Shown: positions 55,473-64,000 of the stretch, in pieces
How the letters are laid out: each line of letters starts with the position of its first letter
Position numbering within the stretch: position 1 is the stretch's first letter
Source of the DNA: Octopus vulgaris
Taxonomy: Eukaryota
Reading direction: 5' to 3'
Assembly (NCBI GenBank): GCA_951406725.2
Contig: OX597818.1
Coordinates: forward strand, 4,092,001 to 4,156,000
DNA length: 64,000 bases
The notes under the pieces: model-generated
The model's database searches: none
What the model was told of the DNA's origin: nothing
Seen by the model: only the letters and a program-made list of their open reading frames with translations
Translations under genes and position numbers: made by a program

Positions 55473-56257
55473 CTGCTGGATGTGTAATGTCAGTGTGCAC
55501 ACATGACAGTGAAAGTGCTCTGAGAGAGAAATAAGAAGCATTGAATGTGGCGTACAAGAGAGACGTTTGTGCTGGTATGGTCATGTACTACGGATGGGTG
55601 AGGAGAGCTGTTTGAAGAAGTGCCACTCCCAAACAGTTGAAGGAATCCGGGGTAGAGGAAAACTTGGGATGAGGTGGTGATGCATGACTTTCTAACGTTG
55701 GGCCTCATAGAGGCAATGATGAAAGACCGAGACCTCTGGAGATATGCTGTGAATCCGAAGACCTGACAAATAAAGTGAGTTCATGACTGTATCCTACACC
55801 AGTTTCACATAATCAGCCCCAGCCCATTCAAAAGTACCTTGGATCATGGGGCAACCTGCTGTGCTTGAGGAGACCTATTGAGGCAAGTACATCAACATCA
55901 AAATGAAAATCAAATGGAAATTGTAGTTGTGATACCCGTGCCGGTGACATGTAAAAAGCACCATCTGAACATGCCCGATACCAGCGCTGCCTTGACTGGT
56001 TTCTGTGCCGGTGACACATAAAAAGCACCAACCGATCATGGCCATTGCCAGTCTCCTCTGGCCCCTATGCCAGTCTCACATAAAAAGCACCCGCTACACT
56101 CATGGAGTGGTTGGCATTAGGAAGGGCATCTAGCTGTAGAAACACTACCAGATCAGATTGGAGCCTGGTGCAGCCTCCTGGCTTCCCAGACCCTAGTCGA
56201 ACCGTCCAACCCATGCTAGCATGGAAAACGGACATTAAACAATGATGATGGTGATGA
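55473..56257 (+). mobile_element. RTE LINE 3' fragment
   Basis: WMCNVSVH...WDEVV, UTR modules and (GAT)n tail. Confidence 0.88.
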
Positions 56258-56338
56258 CATCTATGCACATGCATCTATACATATACATCTGTACATATAC
56301 ATGTATATATATATACATCTGAACATATGCATGTATAC

Positions 56339-56377
<39 letters not shown>

Positions 56378-56380
<3 letters not shown>

Positions 56381-59300
56381 TCATCATCATCGTTTAACGT
56401 CCGTTCTCCATGCTAGCATGGGTTGGACGGTTCGACCGGGGATCTGGGAAGCCAGAAGGCTGCACCAGGCTCCAGTCTTATCTGGCAATGTTTCTACAGC
56501 TGGATGCCCTTCCTAACGCCAATCACTCCGTGAGTGTAGTGGGTGCTTTTACGTGCCACCTGCACAGGTGTCAGGCGAGGCTGGCAACGGCCACGGTCGG
56601 GTTGGTGTATTTTATGTGCCACCGGCACGGAAGCCAGTCGAGGCAGTGCTGGCATCGGCCACGAGTCCGATAGTGCTTTTTACGTACCACCAGACCAGGG
56701 ATCCTGGCTGGTTCAATTCGATTTCGATTTCGCTTGCCCCAACATGTCTTCGCAAGCAAAGGGGGTTGGCATGGGTGCCTGTTGTACGGTCGGATTGGTG
56801 TATTTTACGTGCCACCGGCACGGAAGCCAGTGGAGGCGGCGCTGGCATCGGCCACGAGTCGGATAGTGCTTTTTACGTACCACCAGACCAGGGATCCTGG
56901 CTGGTTCAATTCGATTTCGATTTCGCTTGCCCCAACATGTCTTCGCAAGCAAAGGGGGTTGGCATGGGTGCCTGTTGTCGGATGAGGTTCTATATCGACT
57001 TCACTTGCCTCAACAGGTCTTTGTGTCCAAGGGAGGAAAGGCATTCATAAGTGGGCTGGGCTCACTTGTCCTGCCTGGTCTTCTCACGTACAGCATATTT
57101 CCAAAGGTCCCGGTCGCTGGTCATTTCCTCAGTGAGGCCTAAAGTTCGAAGGTCGTGCTTCACCACCTCGTCCCAGGTTTTCCTGAGTCTACCTCTTCCA
57201 CGGGTTCCCTCAACTGCTAGGGATTGGCACTTTCTCACACACCTATCTTCATCCATTCTCGCCACATGACCATACTAGTGCAATCGTCTCTCTTGCACAC
57301 CACAACTGATGCTTCTTAGGTACATTTCTCTCAAGGTACTAACGCTCTGTCGAGTATGTACACTGACATTACACATCCATCGGAGCATACTGGCTTCATT
57401 CCTCACAAGCTTACGCATGTCCTCAGCAGTCACGGCCCATGTTTCACTGCCATGTAGCATGGCTGTTCGTACACATGCATCATACAGTCTGCCTTTTACT
57501 CTGAGCGAGAGGCCTTTAGTCACCAGCAGAGGTAAGAGCTCCCTAAACTTTGCCCAGGCTATTCTTATTCTAGCAGTTATACTTTCAGCGCACCCACCCC
57601 CACTACTGACTTGGTCACCTAGATAACGGAAGCTATCAACTACTTCTAGTTTTTCCCCTGGAAAGTGACGGAAGTTGTTTTCTGCAGATTTTCGGAGGTT
57701 AATGCTCCCGAGCATCTGCCACATACAAAAACTATCTTCCCAGTTAGCCTACCTTTGACATTGCTGCACCTCTTATGTGTCCATAGCTTACAATGGGTAC
57801 ATCTTATAGAGTTTCTACCTACACCTTTTCTACAGATCGAGCAGGGCCATCTTCCTGAAGACATTTGTGGATTGTCTACCTTCCTACTTATTAGTACTTT
57901 GGTTTTAGCTAGGTTGACTCTAAGGCCCCTCGATTCTAAACCCTCCTTCCACACCTGGAACTTCTCCTCCAGTTCTGATAGTGACTCAGCAATTAGAGCA
58001 AGGTCGTCAGCGTAGAGGAGCTCCCAGGGACAACCTGTCTTGAATTCCTCCGTAATTGCCTGGAGGACTATGATAAATAGGAGGGGGCTGAGTACTGAAC
58101 CCTGGTGGACCCCAACCTCTACTTTGAATTCTTCTGTGTACATGTTGCCAACCCTAACCTTACTTACAGCATCTCTGTACATGGCTTGCACAGCCCTCAC
58201 CAGCCATTCATCTATCCCTAGTTTCCTCATTGACCACCAGATAAGGGATCGGGGGACCCTATCAAAAGCTTTCTCCATGTCAACGAAAGCCAGGTACAGG
58301 GGCTTATCTTTGGCTAGGTATTTCTCCTGCAGCTGCCTTACCAGGAATATAGCATCAGTGGTACTTTTCACTGGCACGAACCCAAACTGCATCTCATCCA
58401 AACTAACTCTCTCTCTAATTAGTTGGGTGATGACTCACTCCGTAACCTTCATTACCTGATCCAACAGCTTGATACCTCTGTAATTATTTGTATCTAGGGC
58501 ATCACCTTTACCTTTGTAGCAGTTGACTAGTATGCTGCTACACCAGTCATTGGGTATGACTCCTTCGTGTATCACCTGGTTGACTATACGGGTGACTAGG
58601 TTATAGCCGACACTGCCAGATATTTTGAGCATCTCTGCAGTAATTCCTGATGGGCCTGGGGCTTTCCCTGTCTTCATGCTTCTAATTGCTTTAACTACCA
58701 AAGAATTTTCAACTCGGATGGCTGGTCCCTCTGTTGGGTTGACATTCGGCAGACTCTCTTTATCCCATTCATTTTCTTTATTCAGCAACCTTTCATAGTG
58801 GCATCTCCAAACCTCTCTCTTTGCATCCTCATTTAGCGCAAGTGAACCATCATCCATGCGAACACACTTCTCTCCTACCACATCACGATTCTCTCTCACA
58901 CACTGTCTTGCAACACGAAATATCTCAAGTCTTTCATCCTCACAGCTCAGAACACTGGCAAATTTTTTCTTATCTGCTTCCCCTCTAGCTAAATAAACCT
59001 GTCTCTTAGCTTCCCTTCTGGCTGTCTGATACAATTCCCTGCTACCACCGTTCTTCCAGTCCTTCCAAGCCTGCTTCTTTTCTCTAATAACCCTGTCAAC
59101 AACATTGTTCCACCACATTATTTTGTGTTGAGAGGGGACTTTGCACCATTCATAGATCTGGTCAGTGGCCCTCAGCAGGTTGTCCCGTAGAAACCTCCAG
59201 TTGTCTTCTACATTGTGTGAAGCTATATCCCCTTCGAGTAATATGTCTCTAAATCTCTGTCCATTCACAGGATCTTTAAGCTTTTTGACCCTTCTCCTCC

Positions 59301-59515
59301 ATGCTGGTCATCTTCTGAGCATCCGTTTAGCCCTGATCCTGAAGTCACTAAGTACCAGTCAAACGCCTGAGGTTTTGGCATTTATAAGCAGCCATCTTTC
59401 CCTTTTTCTGGCGAGGATGTAGTCAATTTGGCTAGTGTGTCTACCAGAACGGTAGGTGACTGGCAAGTTTCCTGAAGTTAGTATTGCAAACCATATGATC
59501 ATTTGCATCACAGAG
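56378..59515 (-). mobile_element. Young RTE LINE, 5'-truncated, frameshifted
   Basis: ORFs 58435-59268, 57646-58401, 57275-57724 and 57062-57265. ~193-bp duplication in the 3' UTR; (CAT)n tail abuts (TA)n. Confidence 0.95.
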
Positions 59516-59789
59516 ATCCTATACTATAAGGTTTTGCAGAATAGCAGCTTTACTAATAAAATCTTTTGTAACCTCCCAGAATATGTTCCACAATATTTTA
59601 TGATTTGTCCCAATCTTCTTCCTAAATGTGAGGACAAATATCGGGAGAAGATACTTTTTATTAGACAATCACATACCCAGAAACTATAAATATAGGAAGT
59701 TGTTTAATAAGAACACAATTTCTGTAAAGGCTTTATATCAAGAAGTAACTGATGATTTAGACCAGTCCTTGATGCACATGCAGCAATAA

Positions 59790-60060
59790 ATCTAAATGGT
59801 CTCTAGAGCAGGCATCAGGAATAGGTATCAGCAAACTTTGGCAAAGGCTGGACAAAGAAGAAATGTTTTATATGGATTGTCGAAGAAAACTTTAAATCCA
59901 GATACAGCAACCATCTTTTATACCTTTAGATGACTCTAGAAGAGACATGCAACAACCCTCTCAACAATAAGGGCAAGAACATCAACTACAACATCAAATG
60001 GAAGATCCTGATGTTCCATATGCCTGCTTGAAAAACTTCTTTTAATTGTATAAATACCAG
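59790..60060 (+). mobile_element. Degraded Penelope GIY-YIG remnant
   Basis: Translates to EENFKSRYSNH and NNKGKNINYNIKWKIL. Confidence 0.55.
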
Positions 60061-60469
60061 GAGCAAGATACTTTTATGTCCCCATTTTACAAAATACATC
60101 TTAGCAACAGTTAAAGATAAACCATTGGATACTTAACACATTCCAGTGTTGGTTTACATAATTATTTGATATTCAAAAAACTGATTATATTTCCGGCAGA
60201 GTTAATTATCTCCCTTAGATTTCTCTTTTTCTAGCTACTTGTGCTCATTCAAACTTTAATTGCATTGAATGTAGTTGCTGATCTACCTTGTTCTTTTTAT
60301 CAGTTTAATAAAAGGCAAAATAAATTAATATTTCAACCAGGAAACTCTGGGTAGCTGAATCTCACAAGACTTTTTATGGTTTTTATCATTATAATATATA
60401 CTTACTCTCTTAATTGATTGAATGCTATATTACTTGTAGAATTTCATATCACACAGTATGTATATGTAA

Positions 60470-61330
60470 TCATCAACATTATCCCATCCTCTAACATATG
60501 TTTTCCATGCTGGAAAGGGTTGGATGGTTTAGCCAGAGCTGGCAAGCTGCACCAAGTTCTAGTTTGATTTGACTTGGTTTCTACAGCTGGATGGTCATCA
60601 TTACGCCAACCATATTACATTGTATGCTGGGTGCTTTTAATGTGGCATCGTAAGAATGCTTCAATGTGGCACTAGCAGTCAAATCCTCATCACCAAGGAG
60701 AATAGCTCAAACACTTCTGCTGTGGAGGATAGGTCTTCTTGAGTACAGCAAGTATCTCAGTCCTTTGTCATCCCATGTAAGAGGTTCAGCATCTAGAGGT
60801 CATCCTTCAGTACTTCGTCCCATGTCTTCCTGGGTCTCCCTCTTCAATGTGTTCCATCCACTTTGAGAGACTGGTACTTTTTTATGGAGCTGTTGACATC
60901 CCATCTGCATCACATGACCAAATCAGCACAGTCTTCTCTTGCACACTGTATCTAATTCCTCTTATGCCTAACTTTTCTCTCAATACACCAGCATTCTATC
61001 CAACATGTACACTTACATTTCACACCCAGCAGAGCATACTAGCCTCATTCCTCTCTAGCCTTTGCATGTCTTCTGCATTCAGGGCCCACATCTCACCACC
61101 ATATCCATATACATCATACAACCTTCCTTTTGCTCAGAGCAAGAAACTTTTGCTTGTCAACAAAGGTAAAAGGTCTCCAAATTTTCTCCATGCTATTCTG
61201 ATTCTAGCTATTACATTTCTGTACATCTTCTCCCACTACTAATTTGGTCTCCTAGGTAGCAGAAATTATTCACTACCTCTAAATGAGCCTCCAAGGCATT
61301 CAAGAAAATCAATTTCCTGAGTATCTGTAG
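60470..61330 (-). mobile_element. Old RTE LINE 3' fragment
   Basis: Degraded terminal module and C-terminal ORF remnants. Confidence 0.75.
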
Positions 61331-62416
61331 TGATCAATACTATTTTTTTTTTTTTCACTTTAAGTAAATTCCCAGGTAAACGTTTCTAATAAAAAGGCAA
61401 AAGATACCAGAAGTAAAAATAAGGAAAATACAAGCACAGTTAAATATAAAAGTGTGAAGTATAATTTGTTACATAATCTCTATAGTAAAAACGATATTGA
61501 ATGAAATAATTCCCCATTTGAATTTTTTTAATTACATATGTGTGTAGAAATCTACAGATGCACAAACGCACAAAACGGAGAAAATAAAACAAATATGGAC
61601 TTGTCCCGAAACACCCCCGAGTGGGAAACAGTTCTCAAAATTAACCCCAATTGTTTTCCCCCAAAATTCCTGTCCTCGGAATCTACATAGTCCGAGGTAT
61701 ATTTGTAGAGAATTTCAATATAAAATATCCATTTTCTTGAAACTTAAAACGAAATGAAGTGGACTCCGGTGAATTTTCCGAAATTCCCTACCACCCCTCC
61801 TAAAACACTTTCCCCAAAACATTTTGTATATTCGGAATCTACACGATATAACATATTCGTAGACAATTTCATTAAAAAATATTCATTTTTCTGAAAGTTA
61901 TGATCATCCAATCGGCGATGGGCAGAAATCTGTAATTATACTGGAAAAATTTAAGCGAAAATGTCATTATCACAAAGTTTAATAAATTATTGACGGCTTG
62001 GGCACTCTCGTCTCGTAAACTCATAGTACATTAACTAAAAAAAATTCTAGTGTTTTTTTTTATGGAATGTTTAGAATTGTAATAAAAATAACTGATATAA
62101 AAACAGAATATTCTAACTAAACATTAACTATAAACCTCAAATCTAATACGGTAAAAGAAAATTATAATGGTTTTACTATGAAGTTGAAGTAAAAATTCAT
62201 CTTGACCAAAAGCATTCAGGTCTTGACATGCATGCATTGAACAGCAGAACGCAAATTATGTAAAGCGAACAAGCTTAAACACCTAGAACATGTGGTAACA
62301 TCTGTTTATTCAAAGAATCTTAAATAACAAGCACAAAAGCAATAATTTAGTTACTAAGAAATTAAATTCTTAAACAGTCGTAATACAAATTAAATTAGTA
62401 AAAAAAAACTACTTAC

Positions 62417-62425
62417 CGCTGCCAT
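62417..62425 (-). CDS. RUVBL2: RUVBL2/Reptin coding exon 1 (MAA)
   Basis: Minus strand reads caaaaATGGCAGCG|gtaagt. Strong start context, canonical donor, and phase 0 matches exon 2. A very short first coding exon is as I recall for vertebrate RUVBL2. Confidence 0.75.
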
Positions 62426-63560
62426 TTTTGTATTTGCTGCGTCTTTCTATATTCTTTCCTTTGAAGTAAAAAGAGATATAAGCAAGGGAGGTAATTAATA
62501 CACTCTTGGGTTTTATTAACTCTTACAGTGAGAAACATTCCATTAACAAGCAAGCCAAAAAAATAAACACAGGAAGAAAGAGCAGATTTGCAGAATACAC
62601 TGCCCATCAGAGAAGGTAAAAGACAGAAATTATGGAGTGGTTTGGGACAAACTATAAAAGCGATCATAATTAGGATATTGAATCTATGGAGTTCTGTTCA
62701 AAGCACACCATTTCACTGGTCGTAATTTTTTCAGTTTTGGGTATTTTCAGAAAATGTTTCGAATTTGTATTCTACGAACTCTATCGTACAATTAAACTTA
62801 AAATTTGGTAAATTTTAGGAAGTACATCCACACGAGTTTCACCAAGAAAAGAAGAAGAAAAAAATGCGCCGGTGAACGGGGTAGTGGTGAGAGGACTGGG
62901 AACATTCCCGATGTGAATTTTCCAAGTCCTCTCTCTCCACTCCCCGTTCGTCAGCGCGCATTTTTTTTCTTCATATTCGTTTATTACACATTGTTTTACA
63001 CATATTACACTATTAAAAAAAAATTTTTGACAAGATCTGAAACTAGAGTTTAACTGAAATTTGTGGGGGGAATTAATTCCGAAGAAGTGTGGGGAGTACT
63101 ATCGGAAAATTCACACGATCCTCTTTTTCCCCCTCATAACTTTCAGGAAAATGGATATCTTTTACGGAAATTTTACAGAAACACCGGAGAGGACGTCGGA
63201 AAGTTCACATGATCCGTTTTTTTTACCTCCTCATAACTTTCAGAATCTAGTTTAACGCCCGGTCACCAAAACGAGAAAGAAAAAAACAGTCTAATAAGTG
63301 TTTAAAAAAAAACAGATGTAGAAAACGAATATGAAAACAAAAAATTACGCGAACTTTTGTAACGGGTGTGAGAGTTAGCACTTCCTTCTCTAAGCTTAGA
63401 TTCGAAATCGAATCCAAGAATCATCGGTCGTCAAATACCAATGCATGTATAGGCGCGAAATTTAAAGATCCTTTGTTCTGTCAAAAAGTGATTGATCATC
63501 TCCCTTTGACCTGCGACCTCAGCCATGTCAGGCGAAGTTCAACTGGACAAACGCTGACCT
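62426..63560. promoter_or_regulatory. Putative RUVBL2 5' UTR/promoter region
   Basis: Directly upstream of the ATG, with locally retained CpGs and no LINE sequence. TSS cannot be determined. Confidence 0.4.
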
Positions 63561-64000
63561 ACTTAGTATGTCTATCTGTTGCAGTATGTCTATCTTTCTA
63601 GCTGTTTGAGATATTATAAATACAAGGGAAAAACAGTGAAAGACACACAATCGGAGCTGACACATCAGCAGACACCCCGCGTTTTGGAGACGACAGAGAA
63701 ATGCCTACAGGCTACTGTTCTGAATGATTCACGCACACACACAAACATATTCATCTTTAATATGTGTTCTATACAAGCAATGCGTAGCATTTGCTTACAG
63801 TTTTATGTAGTGTACTTATAACCCATGTAAATAAATCCCTTTTTAATCATGAAACAGTTTATGTATTTATTAATACACACACACATCCACTACATTTGGT
63901 GACCCCGTCAAACGAATTGCGCCTTCCCTGGAACCAGCTTCATCAACCGCGTCGAAGAATTACAGCTTGCACATCACCCGGCAACGAAACACCTGAGAAT

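Noticed and set aside
63895-63992. CpG-rich minus-strand exon candidate after attctcag
   Set aside because: All three frames hit stops within the segment and no homology was recognised; needs the adjacent window.

Overview
AT-rich, repeat-dense eukaryotic (animal) genomic DNA with a 100-N scaffold gap at 27215-27314. The SINE/LINE repertoire and (TA)n density suggest an octopus or other cephalopod (inference). The only host gene I can identify securely is the 5' third of RUVBL2/Reptin: six minus-strand coding exons from 62425 to 39932, 153 codons, with Walker [10 protein letters not shown] found no exon 7 or later in the window. Most of the rest is transposon-derived: about 15 RTE-clade LINE copies or fragments, three CR1-type LINEs (one apparently full length), Penelope remnants, tRNA-derived SINEs, piggyBac derivatives, and Chapaev3-like, Tigger, Helitron and Gypsy remnants. 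Most notable observations: (1) the RTE 3' UTR is a variable-number array of ~60-nt hairpin + H-type pseudoknot modules ending in a terminal stem-loop and (GAT)n tail; (2) the same family has a C4HC3 PHD finger in frame inside its reverse transcriptase and repeatedly lies in (TA)n tracts; (3) an intact-looking type I hammerhead ribozyme at 17316-17407. All calls were made by eye, and repeat boundaries are approximate.
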